A DNA stretch of 64,000 nt, from NCBI GenBank assembly GCA_038824665.1, contig JAWBBK010000003.1, positions 32,318-96,317 on the forward strand, read 5' to 3'. This document shows, piece after piece, positions 46,476 through 55,980 of this stretch. Position 1 is the first letter of the stretch, and each line of letters starts with the position of its first letter. The DNA is from Acidilobaceae archaeon. Its GTDB lineage: Archaea; Thermoproteota; Thermoprotei_A; Sulfolobales; Acidilobaceae. The notes beneath the pieces are model-generated. The model saw only the letters and a program-made list of their open reading frames with translations, ran no database searches and had not been told where the DNA came from. The position numbers and the translations under genes are program-made.

Positions 46476-47615
46476 ATGACATTCATAGTAGGAGTTGGTT
46501 TGACTCAAGTAGATAGACACTACGATAAAGGTCTCAAAGACCTAGCTCTTGAAGCTGCCACAAAAGCCTTAGAGTCAACAGAGTTGAACAGAGAAGATAT
46601 AGACTTCGTTCTGATAGCATCCAGCGTGAGCTACCTACAAACAAGACAGTTAGATTTAGCTTCTTACATAACTTCATCAATAGGTCTTAGAAGGGCTAGA
46701 GCTCTATCTGTAGAAGCAGGAGAGGCCTCAGGTCTAGCTTCAGCTCAAGTAGCGCTATCCCTCATAAAGAGCGGCCTTGCTGAAAACGTGCTTATAGTTG
46801 GCATAGATAAATTGAGCGATGTAACTTCTTCAAGAGCTTACGAACTCTTGTCACACCTTCACGATGTTGACTATGAAGGTTACTACGAGCTAGGTTTTGG
46901 AGCGGTTGCAGGAATCCTCGCTAGAATGTATATGAAAAGATACAACGTAGACAGGCTTACCTTAGCTTACTGGTCTACTCTCATGCACGCTAATGCGAAA
47001 AACAACCCCTACGCTATGCTTAAGTTCAGCATAAGACCAGAAGCGGTTCTAGACGCGCCTCCTATAGCGGAGCCTCTGACACTTCTCGACGTACCTCCTA
47101 TTTCTGACGGTGCTGCAGCAGTGGTCCTGTCAGCTAAGAGCAGAAGCTCTCTAGCCAGACTAGTCGACGTCGAATCGGCTACGAGCTTTCCTAGCGTAGC
47201 TCTTCAAGAAGACCCTCTTAAGATAGAGTCACTTGAGCTAGCGTTCGCTAGATTGAAGACTAAAAGAGAGATCGAGGCTATAGATGTCTTGGAGATTCAT
47301 GATTCTTCCAGCATAACCGGGATACTCATATTGGAAAGTCTAGGACTAGCGAATAGAGGAGAGGCGGCCAAGATGCTCGCAGAAGGTTACTTCTCTAACG
47401 AAGGTCCTCTTGTAAACTTAAGCGGAGGACTCAAAGCTCGAGGACATCCTATTGGGGCTACAGCAGTCTACCAACTCGCTGAAGTAGCGATGCAGATAGC
47501 TGGAACATTTCCAGGAAGGAAAGCTCAAGACGCTCAGAGAGGACTGGTTGTGTCTCTAAACGCTCATGGATCTTCGTCTTATATTGCATATCTAGATAGA
47601 GGTGAGGAACAGTGA
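46476..47615 (+). CDS. Acetoacetyl-CoA thiolase homolog lacking catalytic cysteines
   Basis: Thiolase motifs (NP.A, DGAAAVVL, EIHD, NLSGGLKARGHPIGAT), but VEAGEASG replaces VEAACASG and HDSS replaces HDCF. Confidence 0.85.
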   Translation: MTFIVGVGLTQVDRHYDKGLKDLALEAATKALESTELNREDIDFVLIASSVSYLQTRQLDLASYITSSIGLRRARALSVEAGEASGLASAQVALSLIKSGLAENVLIVGIDKLSDVTSSRAYELLSHLHDVDYEGYYELGFGAVAGILARMYMKRYNVDRLTLAYWSTLMHANAKNNPYAMLKFSIRPEAVLDAPPIAEPLTLLDVPPISDGAAAVVLSAKSRSSLARLVDVESATSFPSVALQEDPLKIESLELAFARLKTKREIEAIDVLEIHDSSSITGILILESLGLANRGEAAKMLAEGYFSNEGPLVNLSGGLKARGHPIGATAVYQLAEVAMQIAGTFPGRKAQDAQRGLVVSLNAHGSSSYIAYLDRGEEQ

Positions 47616-48061
47616 GCGTATCGCCTCCAGCCTTTTGGAGATCTAAGAGATATAGGCTAATAGGAAGACACTGTACGACTTGCGGACGCGCACATTATCC
47701 GCCCCTTAAGGTCTGTCCTTACTGTAGTTCACATAATCTGAGAGACGTAGAGCTGCCGAGAAGAGGAAAGCTAGTAAGCTATTCTATAGTTTACGCTACG
47801 CCACCTGATAAACGCGAAAGGACTCCTTTGGTTGTCGGTCTAGTTGATTTGGGGGTCGTGAAACTCATAGCCGAACTCACAGATGTCGATCTGGCGGAAC
47901 TCAGAGAAGACATAGAGGTTGAGGCAGTATTAAGAAAGCTCAAAGAAGACAGCTCATCAGGCTTAATAGTATATGCCATCAAGTTCAGACCTCTGTTTAC
48001 CTCTGAAAAGGGTTCTAGCGACGGCCTGAAGGATGCAAACAATGGCCAAAAGCTTGGATGA
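47612..48061 (+). CDS. DUF35 Zn-ribbon/OB-fold scaffold of the thiolase-HMGCS complex
   Basis: SP..FWR, YRLIG..CTTCG...YPP...CPYC, GLIVYAIKFRP. Confidence 0.92.
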   Translation: MSVSPPAFWRSKRYRLIGRHCTTCGRAHYPPLKVCPYCSSHNLRDVELPRRGKLVSYSIVYATPPDKRERTPLVVGLVDLGVVKLIAELTDVDLAELREDIEVEAVLRKLKEDSSSGLIVYAIKFRPLFTSEKGSSDGLKDANNGQKLG

Positions 48062-49121
48062 ATGGATTAAAAAGATAGAGAAGAGAGAGATCTCGCTAGA
48101 AGATCTCGATGACCTCTTAGGAAACGCTAACTTAGCTGCTCTTGTGAGAAGACTGTATTTAGAGAAAAGCTTCAAGATCTCACTGACCGGCATAGCCAGT
48201 AGCGTGATCGACTTCGAGGCTTTGAAGAGTTTAACAAGAGGAACAGCGATAGGAGCGGTTCAGATACCTCTCTATATTCTAGGACCAGTCTCAATTGAGG
48301 GAGGAGCAGTAAGTGGCGAAGTAGTGTTTCCTCTAGCGCTTATAGACATAGACAGCTTAGCTCTGCTCAACGACTTTATAGGGTTGACTAAAGGAGGTCT
48401 CAAAGTCTTCTCTGAGGTGAAAGATGTAGAGATTAGGTCTATTTTGATCGCTAAAGAAGGTCTCCACAAGTGGCAGACAGAAGAAAGCTTGAAGGAGAAA
48501 CTTCCAGCTGATGGTTCGTTCGAGAAAGAATTTTTGAAGATACTAGAGGAGAAGAACGTTTTAGTTTTGAAGGTTAGAACAAGTTTGTTGAGACTCAGCG
48601 CGGTCCTCTCTGAGGCAGAGGAAGTGTTGACAGAACTCTGTTCTAAAGGTTACGAGTTAATGAGACACTCCTACGTTTTTGAGACGCGTTCAGCAATAGA
48701 GTTGCCGCTAGACGCGTTGATAGAGAGAAAGGATATAGACATAACCGAACTGAAAAACTATATCGAACGTTCTTTAGCTATTGCCTCAAGGCATATGGAT
48801 GTGACTTCTAAACTGGTCACAGGATTTTTTACAGCTATCGGTCTGAGTTCAGCGAAGCTATCGACAGGAAGCCGTTCTGCAACTATATCTTCTCAAGGTC
48901 TTCTCAGTATCGCGATAGAAGGCTCTATCGTGAACATAGACGAAAGAGAGCTGAAGACATCTTTAAGGCTACCCACACAAAGCGAAACGCTGTCTCTAAT
49001 AGGTATAACCGACGCTACTGAGAAAGCTATGCTCAGACTAGCGGAGCTGGCTTCTGCTTTAGTTGCTTTCGGAGAGATAGCCTCACTCCTTCTCTTCATC
49101 TATGGAGCTAAGAAGAGGTAA
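48033..49121 (+). CDS. Degenerate class I HMG-CoA reductase homolog
   Basis: N-terminus matches archaeal HMGR (NLAALVRR.YLE, IDF, IGAVQIPL...GP, PLA) and the C-terminus has LPTQ.E.L and LAE..A.LV..GE; the ENxIG, TTEG and DAMGMN motifs are absent. Confidence 0.75.
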   Translation: MQTMAKSLDEWIKKIEKREISLEDLDDLLGNANLAALVRRLYLEKSFKISLTGIASSVIDFEALKSLTRGTAIGAVQIPLYILGPVSIEGGAVSGEVVFPLALIDIDSLALLNDFIGLTKGGLKVFSEVKDVEIRSILIAKEGLHKWQTEESLKEKLPADGSFEKEFLKILEEKNVLVLKVRTSLLRLSAVLSEAEEVLTELCSKGYELMRHSYVFETRSAIELPLDALIERKDIDITELKNYIERSLAIASRHMDVTSKLVTGFFTAIGLSSAKLSTGSRSATISSQGLLSIAIEGSIVNIDERELKTSLRLPTQSETLSLIGITDATEKAMLRLAELASALVAFGEIASLLLFIYGAKKR

Positions 49122-49163
49122 CGCAGAAAGCCAGCGGAGCTTCTAGAGCCTGGGTGTTCCAGT

Positions 49164-49490
49164 TTGTCCACTAAAAAGAAAGGAGCGGTAATTTCGATAG
49201 GCTTCCCTAGAGTAGTTGAAGAGGTCAAGATAGGACCTCCTTATCTCACGAAATACGAAAGAGCCAGAATGATCGGGATCAGAGCTCTCCAGTTGTCTTA
49301 CGGAGCTCCTCCCCTAGCTCCTATAGAGAAGATAGGCTCCACAGACCCTATACTCATAGCCAAGTATGAAGTAGATAACGGGTTGCTCCCTATTTCTGTG
49401 CTTAGGTATACGAGTTCAGGAGAGAGACAGACCCTACCTTTAAAGCTTCTCATAGAGCTAAGCAGGAGGATATTGGGTAGAGTTGAGTAG
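49164..49490 (+). CDS. rpoK: RNA polymerase subunit Rpo6 (K)
   Basis: PPYLTKYERARMIGIRALQLSYGAP. Confidence 0.95.
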   Translation: MSTKKKGAVISIGFPRVVEEVKIGPPYLTKYERARMIGIRALQLSYGAPPLAPIEKIGSTDPILIAKYEVDNGLLPISVLRYTSSGERQTLPLKLLIELSRRILGRVE

Positions 49491-50550
49491 CTTTCCTCGT
49501 CCTGTAGTTGATGAAGAGTTCGAAATACTAGAAGAGAGGAGCTTCGGAGACAGAGTAGAGATCGTTCTGGGTAATCCGAAGAAAGGAGATATGGAGAGAG
49601 CTTTAACCAAAATCTACGAGAGCTTGATGAGAGCGGACTTCTACTCAATGCTTCGCATAGAAGACAGAGGTCTAGTGCTCTACGCGTTTAAGAGAGGACA
49701 AAGCAAAGAGAGACTTTTAGTCTTAGCCGCTTTAGCTTTGATAACTCTCGTCACAGTAACTATCTCCTCTTTTGCTTTTGAGAAAATAGAGAGCTCTAAG
49801 GGAGGCTTCTCTTGGAACATACTTGCCTATCCGATAGGTCTTCTAGTACCACTCTTAGTTCACGAACTTGGTCACTCTTTAGCAATGAAGATCAAGAAGG
49901 TTCCAGCTAGCCTCCCTTATCTCTTGCCAGCTCCTCCTCTTCAACTCGGATTTCTTGGGACCTTCGGGGCAGTCATAAATATGAGATGGCTACCCGCTAC
50001 TCTCAAAGATTTGGCTTTTATAGCTCTAGCCGGTCCAGTCTCTGGTTTCTTGGTCGCGCTTCCGATAGCCTATCTCGGTATTGCTCAATCAGCTGTCGTC
50101 AGAGCAGAGGAGGTAACTAGCGGTATCGAGATACCAATTGTTCCACTGATCTTCCTAGTTTTGTTGTCTACAAAGCTAGAGGTACCGAACGGATTCGTAG
50201 TAGTACTAAGTCCCTTGACTTTTGCTACAATGATAGTGTTCTTCGTCACATTCCTCAACCTGATCCCTGTAGGAATGCTTGACGGAGGTCACGTAGTAAG
50301 AGTTCTACTAGGAGAGAGGTTACACAAATACGTAGGGCTTTTTATAATCGCACTAGTGGCGCTAACTGTCCCACTAGTTCCCATTCTTTCGATATACTTG
50401 CTTGTCTTGATATTAATTTATACGCTTAGTAGAGGGCGTCATCCTGGCTCATCTTACAATTTAGAGATAAGAAGCCACACGATGAGAGTAGCAATAGCTT
50501 TAGTCTACGTCTTGTTACTAGTTCTCACTTTTCCTATACCTATCCTTTAA
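49483..50550 (+). CDS. Site-2 protease (M50) membrane metalloprotease
   Basis: HELGH, GTFGAVI, AGP..G, NLIPVGMLDGGH. Confidence 0.92.
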   Translation: MSSFPRPVVDEEFEILEERSFGDRVEIVLGNPKKGDMERALTKIYESLMRADFYSMLRIEDRGLVLYAFKRGQSKERLLVLAALALITLVTVTISSFAFEKIESSKGGFSWNILAYPIGLLVPLLVHELGHSLAMKIKKVPASLPYLLPAPPLQLGFLGTFGAVINMRWLPATLKDLAFIALAGPVSGFLVALPIAYLGIAQSAVVRAEEVTSGIEIPIVPLIFLVLLSTKLEVPNGFVVVLSPLTFATMIVFFVTFLNLIPVGMLDGGHVVRVLLGERLHKYVGLFIIALVALTVPLVPILSIYLLVLILIYTLSRGRHPGSSYNLEIRSHTMRVAIALVYVLLLVLTFPIPIL

Positions 50551-50667
50551 CGAAAAACGATTTTCAAGTAGAGGGTTCAGACAATAGTGCACAATACCTT
50601 GATTTAGTGTACTCAGTTCACAACTTTATAATTCTAAACGTGAAGTCATAATAGGGTAGAAGAAACT

Positions 50668-52770
50668 TTGAATGAACTCGAGAAAGGACGTTGCCGCCCT
50701 CCTGTCAACTTCATAGCGGTTATAGCTGAGAAGCCCAAAGCTGCAGAACGCATAGCAAAAGCTATAGGACAAGCTTCATTATGTGTTGACAAAGGAGTTC
50801 GATACTGGATAGTAAAGACCTCAAGCAAGCCTGTAGTCGTCGTGTCGGCTGCAGGTCACCTTTTCGGTATTCGAGCCTCTCAAGAGGGGTATCCTGTTTA
50901 CAGCTTTCAATGGATGCCTCTATGGACTATAGACGAGAATTATCGACATCAAAAGAAGCTCTATGACCTACTAGCAAAGTTGTTGCCGAAGGCTTCTTCA
51001 TATGTGGGCGCATGTGATTACGATATCGAGGGTAGTGTCATATGCTATAAGATAATTGAGGCTTTTGGAGACCTTAAGAGAGCTTTTCGTATGAAGTTCT
51101 CAACCCTTACAGTGACTGAGCTGAAGGAGGCTTTCAAGAAGCTTCAGCCTCTAGATATAGAGATGGTCGAAGCAGGTCTGGCAAGACACGAGCTAGACTG
51201 GCTTTGGGGCATAAACACTTCGAGAGCTCTTATGGACTCTCTGAGGTCTGTCGTCAACTACAAGAAGTCTCTTAGCGCCGGTCGTGTTCAAAGTCCTACA
51301 CTTTTGGAGGCTGTTCGCAGATGGCTTAGCAGGTCTCTCCATGTACCGATTCCTTCAGTCAGTATAACCGTAGAGGCTGAGACAGCGAACGGTCATGTGG
51401 TTTACTTCAAGCCTTTAGGGTGGAGTCCACAGAGCCTTTCTGAAGCCAGATCGATAGAGGCGGAACTTAAAAGATACAACACGCTTTTCGTTACAGATTT
51501 GAAAAAACAAGAGAGAACTGTGCTACCGCCTCCTCCGTTCAACTTAGGAGACCTTCAACATGAGGCATACAGACTTTTCGGTTTTTCTCCAAAAAAGACA
51601 GAAGAGATAGCAGAAGAACTCTACTTAGGAGCACTTATAAGCTATCCAAGAACCAATAGTCAGAAGCTACCGTCTACGATAAACTTCCATCAAATAATGA
51701 ACGGCTTGAAGTCTAACCCCGACTACAAGAGCTTAGTGGATAGGTTGTTAAGAGAGACAAGAGGAGTGCTGAGACCCGTACAAGGCAAAGCCGAAGACCC
51801 AGCGCATCCAGCCATACATCCAACAGGAGAGCAACCCGAGAAGCTAACAAGAGAGCAGAAGCTTATCTACGACCTTATAGTCAGAAGGTTTCTAGCGGCC
51901 TTTGCGAAGCCTGCAGTATTGAGCGAAGTCGAGATCGTTGTAAAGGACAACTTTAATAGACCTTATGTCGCTCACGGCGTTGAGATAGTCGAAAAAGGAT
52001 GGTATAATTACTACCACTTTGAAGAGCCTCATGTAGTCAGGTTGCCTGAGGTCAGGAAGAACGATAGGCTGCGAGTAGTCAAGACCTCAGTTAAAATTAG
52101 ATGGAGCGGACCTACAGAGAGTCTGACGAAGGACTCTCTTCTGAGGTGGATGGAGAGCGAAGAGCTAGGTACTGAATCAACGAGAGCTAGGATAATAGAA
52201 GTCCTCTACGAGAGAGGGTATCTAGCATCTCGCGGTAGATCTACGATCGTAACGGATTTGGGCATGGCTGTAGCTCTAATACTGAACGAGCATGTGCCTG
52301 AACTCACCTCTCCAGAGCTTACCAGAAAGTTCGAAAAGTTGCTTGAAGACATTAGAAACAACAAAACGACTAGAGCTCAAGTAACTAGAGAAGCCATAGC
52401 GGCGCTTAACCTGATCTTGAAGAAGATCTCAGATAACAAACATTCTATAGGTTTGAAGCTCGCTCAGGCAGCTAACTTAATAAAACCTAAAGATAAATGT
52501 GAAGTGTGTGAGAGACAGGCCTCGACTTTTTTCGGAGGAACGAAATTGTGTGAGTACCACAAGATGGCAGCTGAAGAACTCAGCAAAAAGTTACCGGAGG
52601 TGGCACAGAGGCTAAGTACTACGTGTAGAAAGGCCTTAGAAGATATGGGGAAAAAGAGAACCGTAGGCACTTGGGTTCTTGACGTGGTCAGATTAGCCTT
52701 AAAGAAGCCCACATTGTTAGAAGCGCTCATATCGCAGTCATGTCGACAAGACAGCTTTAAAGCTCCTTAA
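50668..52770 (+). CDS. topA: Type IA DNA topoisomerase
   Basis: IAEKP, GHL, DYDIEG, SAGRVQSPTL, ISYPRT (catalytic Tyr), AHPAIHPT, GTESTR. Confidence 0.96.
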   Translation: MNELEKGRCRPPVNFIAVIAEKPKAAERIAKAIGQASLCVDKGVRYWIVKTSSKPVVVVSAAGHLFGIRASQEGYPVYSFQWMPLWTIDENYRHQKKLYDLLAKLLPKASSYVGACDYDIEGSVICYKIIEAFGDLKRAFRMKFSTLTVTELKEAFKKLQPLDIEMVEAGLARHELDWLWGINTSRALMDSLRSVVNYKKSLSAGRVQSPTLLEAVRRWLSRSLHVPIPSVSITVEAETANGHVVYFKPLGWSPQSLSEARSIEAELKRYNTLFVTDLKKQERTVLPPPPFNLGDLQHEAYRLFGFSPKKTEEIAEELYLGALISYPRTNSQKLPSTINFHQIMNGLKSNPDYKSLVDRLLRETRGVLRPVQGKAEDPAHPAIHPTGEQPEKLTREQKLIYDLIVRRFLAAFAKPAVLSEVEIVVKDNFNRPYVAHGVEIVEKGWYNYYHFEEPHVVRLPEVRKNDRLRVVKTSVKIRWSGPTESLTKDSLLRWMESEELGTESTRARIIEVLYERGYLASRGRSTIVTDLGMAVALILNEHVPELTSPELTRKFEKLLEDIRNNKTTRAQVTREAIAALNLILKKISDNKHSIGLKLAQAANLIKPKDKCEVCERQASTFFGGTKLCEYHKMAAEELSKKLPEVAQRLSTTCRKALEDMGKKRTVGTWVLDVVRLALKKPTLLEALISQSCRQDSFKAP

Positions 52771-52812
52771 GACCTAACTTCTCTTTAGAAACTCTACAGA
52801 GGTGGGCTCGGA

Positions 52813-53943
52813 TTAGCTATCTGTAAAATTTGTGGAAGAGACAATATGTTGATTACTCGTGCTTTACACATCTGCTATGACTGCTTAAAGAAGAACTCGA
52901 GATCGCCCGAATTCGTTCACAATAGAAGAAGAGTCTGGAGACACAATATTGGCTTGATCGAAGAAGTTCCTAAGAAGCCTGAAGGTAGGTCTTGTCATAT
53001 ATGTGTGAATGAGTGTAAGATAGGTATTGGAGAGAGAGGCTTCTGTGGAGTTTGGCTCAATAGCTCTGACAGACTCAGGTACGTGGTTGAAAAGGGGCTT
53101 CTAGCAGAGACTTACTATGATCCACATCCAACCAACTGTGTAGCCACTCCAGTGTGCTCTGCAACTACTGGAAGAGGCTTTCCACAATATACCTTCACAA
53201 AAGGTGTAGAGCGCGGCTTCTACAACCTAGCTGTATTTATGGGAGGATGCTCTTTGGATTGTGTTTTCTGTCAGAATTGGTCTCATAGAGTTTTAGCTTC
53301 AAAAGCCTTGAGGGTTAAGAGCGAACTCGATCTCTTAGAAGAGGCTCTAGATCCAAGAGTTACTTGTGTCTGTTACTTCGGTGGAGATCCAGTTCCACAT
53401 GCTCCACTTCTCTTACAGCTTTCTAAACGCATTATAAAAGAGGCTAAAGAAAGAGGGCAGAGATTCAAAAGGATATGCTGGGAGACAAACGGACTAGCGA
53501 ACTCTGCTCTCATAAAGCAGATGGCATTAGTGAGTTTAGAAAGCGGGGGCATAGTGAAGATAGATTGGAAAGCGTGGACCCCTTCGGTCTATGAGGCCTT
53601 AACGGGAGTAGACGGAGAAAAAGCCGTAGCTAGACTCAAGGAAAACGTTAAACTTATAGCGAACATAGGCAGAGAGAGGTCTGAACCGCCCCTTCTAGTT
53701 ATAAGCGTTCTCTTAGTTCCAGGTTATGTGACTCCAGAAGAGGTATCACACATAGCTGAGTACGTTGCGAGCTTAGACCAGAACGTTCCCATGGTTCTCT
53801 TGGCTTTCCATCCCGACTACCTTATGGACGACCTACCTCCAACCAGCCACGGACACGCTGAGGAAGCTTTTAGAGAAGCTAAGAGAGCTGGAATCAAAGA
53901 GGTCTATATAGGCAACGAGTGGCTTCTAGGAAGTTACTATTGA
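52813..53943 (+). CDS. PflA/AmmeMemoRadiSam-type radical SAM protein
   Basis: GCSLDCVFCQNW, YFGGDP, WETNG, AFHP. An in-frame CKIC upstream of ATG 52846 implies an earlier non-canonical start near 52813. Confidence 0.85.
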   Translation, partial: LAICKICGRDNMLITRALHICYDCLKKNSRSPEFVHNRRRVWRHNIGLIEEVPKKPEGRSCHICVNECKIGIGERGFCGVWLNSSDRLRYVVEKGLLAETYYDPHPTNCVATPVCSATTGRGFPQYTFTKGVERGFYNLAVFMGGCSLDCVFCQNWSHRVLASKALRVKSELDLLEEALDPRVTCVCYFGGDPVPHAPLLLQLSKRIIKEAKERGQRFKRICWETNGLANSALIKQMALVSLESGGIVKIDWKAWTPSVYEALTGVDGEKAVARLKENVKLIANIGRERSEPPLLVISVLLVPGYVTPEEVSHIAEYVASLDQNVPMVLLAFHPDYLMDDLPPTSHGHAEEAFREAKRAGIKEVYIGNEWLLGSYY

Positions 53944-54007
53944 TCGCGTTAGTTTCGAGATAACTTCACGTCCTTTAACAGCTAAGATAGGAGATATAGC
54001 TTAGCTC

Positions 54008-54553
54008 TCAAAACCTAACCCATCGGAAGATCAGATAGTGAATGCTTCTCTCTCTAGAAACTACAGCAAAAACAAGACTCTTCCTGACACTATGACTCAC
54101 TCTTTGGGCCATCACTATCTTCAGAGGGTCTATCTCATCATCAATATCATAACTGTGTACGATAAAGGGGGCGTGTTCTAAGCCTGGACCTAGCCTGTAC
54201 ACTAAGAAGTCTCCTCCATATTTAAGAGCTGAACGGACCACGAAGTTAGAATCTCGTAAAGACTTATAGGCCATGTATTCTACAAGAGACCTCTTGTTTT
54301 GTAAGACAAGAGACCTCAACTCTTCCAGGCTGAAGGGTTTTCCCTCAAGATCTCTTACGCATAGAATCCCCTTCTCAGCTAAGTATAGGGTTTCATAAAG
54401 ACTAAGTCTTAAGGGCGTATCGAAGTTTGGGTCTTTAGGCTTCTCTACTCCTATAGGCAAACCGAAAAAGCCTTTAGAGAAGATTACTCTAGCCTTCTCC
54501 ACATCTAGCACAAAAGCAGAGTCCCCTATCATGATGGCTTCAACACAGCTCAC
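54008..54553 (-). CDS. endA: tRNA splicing endonuclease, catalytic subunit
   Basis: LSLYETLYL, KYGGDFLVY..GPGLEHAPF, R.SHSVRK (Tyr/His/Lys triad). Confidence 0.93.
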   Translation of the reverse strand: MSCVEAIMIGDSAFVLDVEKARVIFSKGFFGLPIGVEKPKDPNFDTPLRLSLYETLYLAEKGILCVRDLEGKPFSLEELRSLVLQNKRSLVEYMAYKSLRDSNFVVRSALKYGGDFLVYRLGPGLEHAPFIVHSYDIDDEIDPLKIVMAQRVSHSVRKSLVFAVVSRERSIHYLIFRWVRF

Positions 54554-55375
54554 TTAGACCACCAACTTTACTATCTTCAAAGCTATTTTAGGATCTGATG
54601 AGGCCACTACTTCATTAAGCTTCACTACGTCTTCTAAAGGAGAGTCTACAGGCTCTCCAGACAGGCTGAATGCCTCTCCGCTCAGCTCTCTGAGAAAGCC
54701 CAAAGCGGCAGCTACGTCTACGTTCCTCAGTCTATTTCTTAAGTCTACAAAAGCTACGAATTTCCCCAAAGCAACGTAGCAGATCTCTAGAGCGGCGCTA
54801 CCCAAGCTTCTGACCTTAAGAGAGCCGATACTCTTCTTCAAGGCGTTCAAAGTTTTGATTGCAACCTCTGATCTCTCTTCATCGAAATAGATTACAATGA
54901 TCTTTTCTCCACGTTCTAACTTTATATCAGAGCGGCTCACTCTCTTGCCTCCATAGAAGCAACCTCTGCCTGTAGCAAATGAAAAAGGACTTGTTTGAAA
55001 TATGGGGGCTACAGCTCCAGCGACTACATCTCTCAGTCTGTTTCCGTAGGCGAAGGCTATCGATACTGAGGCCCAGGGAACACAAAGAGAGTAGTTGTTG
55101 CTACCATCGAGGGGGTCTATGGCTACTTTGAGATAACCACCTCCGTTAATTTTAAATCGTCCTCTTTCTTCTGAAATCCCCTCTAGCTTTAGACCTTCTC
55201 TTCTCAAAGCCTCGACCACATAGTCCTCACTGACCTTGTCAGCCACTATAGTTTCACCTTGAACCTTAATCGTATAGGCTTCGTTACAAGCGCAGTCTCT
55301 TAAGAGAGCAGCAGCTTCTCCAGCAACTTTGACAGCTATTTTCCTTAGCTCTTCAGCTTCCTGTTCGTAGACCAT
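54554..55375 (-). CDS. suhB: Inositol monophosphatase/FBPase family
   Basis: SEE, IDPLDGSNN, R.LGSAALE, R..DVAAA. Confidence 0.88.
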   Translation of the reverse strand: MVYEQEAEELRKIAVKVAGEAAALLRDCACNEAYTIKVQGETIVADKVSEDYVVEALRREGLKLEGISEERGRFKINGGGYLKVAIDPLDGSNNYSLCVPWASVSIAFAYGNRLRDVVAGAVAPIFQTSPFSFATGRGCFYGGKRVSRSDIKLERGEKIIVIYFDEERSEVAIKTLNALKKSIGSLKVRSLGSAALEICYVALGKFVAFVDLRNRLRNVDVAAALGFLRELSGEAFSLSGEPVDSPLEDVVKLNEVVASSDPKIALKIVKLVV

Positions 55376-55456
55376 GGAGACTACCTGGTAGCAATTGCTT
55401 CAACTCGGACTTATTATGATTGAACTCTTCAATGTTTAGCTAAAAACTAAAACATC

Positions 55457-55966
55457 TTGAGGTATGAGGTGGTATGGAGTGGGAACTCTATGAAGACTCC
55501 CGCTTTCACTAAGAAGTTTGCCATTGGACTTCTAGATGTGATTCTCATTTTGATCTTGGTTTCGTATATAATCTTGAGGTTAAGCGGTGGAGGAGTAGCT
55601 GTAGTGAGCGGTAGAAGCATGGAGCCCACTTTACATACTGGAGATGTAGTCATCTATATAAATAGCTCTCCGAAAGAGCTGAAAGAAGGTGATGTAGTTA
55701 TATATGAAAGCAACGGAGACCTGGTGATCCATAGAATTGTGTATAAGTATGAGGTAGGCTCTAGGACGTGTTTTGTGATTCAAGGAGACAACAACCCTAG
55801 ACCAGACGTAGGAGATCCCGAAAGTTGTCCCCCGACAACCGCTTATCCTGTATACGGAATACCGGAGGAGTGGATTAGAGGTAAGGTAGTAGACGCTGGT
55901 GGTTATGTTCTAAAGGTGCCCTACATTGGGATTCTGACTTTGATGTTACACGAGTTGTTAGGGTAG
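55457..55966 (+). CDS. sec11: Signal peptidase I (Sec11 type)
   Basis: TM helix, SGRSMEPTL..GD, IHR, GDNN..PD, PYIG. Confidence 0.92.
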   Translation: MRYEVVWSGNSMKTPAFTKKFAIGLLDVILILILVSYIILRLSGGGVAVVSGRSMEPTLHTGDVVIYINSSPKELKEGDVVIYESNGDLVIHRIVYKYEVGSRTCFVIQGDNNPRPDVGDPESCPPTTAYPVYGIPEEWIRGKVVDAGGYVLKVPYIGILTLMLHELLG

Positions 55967-55980
55967 AGCGTGGAGAAGCC

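Noticed and set aside
31026-52283. AGTATTA copies inside coding regions (31026, 39743, 47926, 52277)
   Set aside because: Consistent with chance occurrence of a 7-mer; only promoter-located copies were kept.
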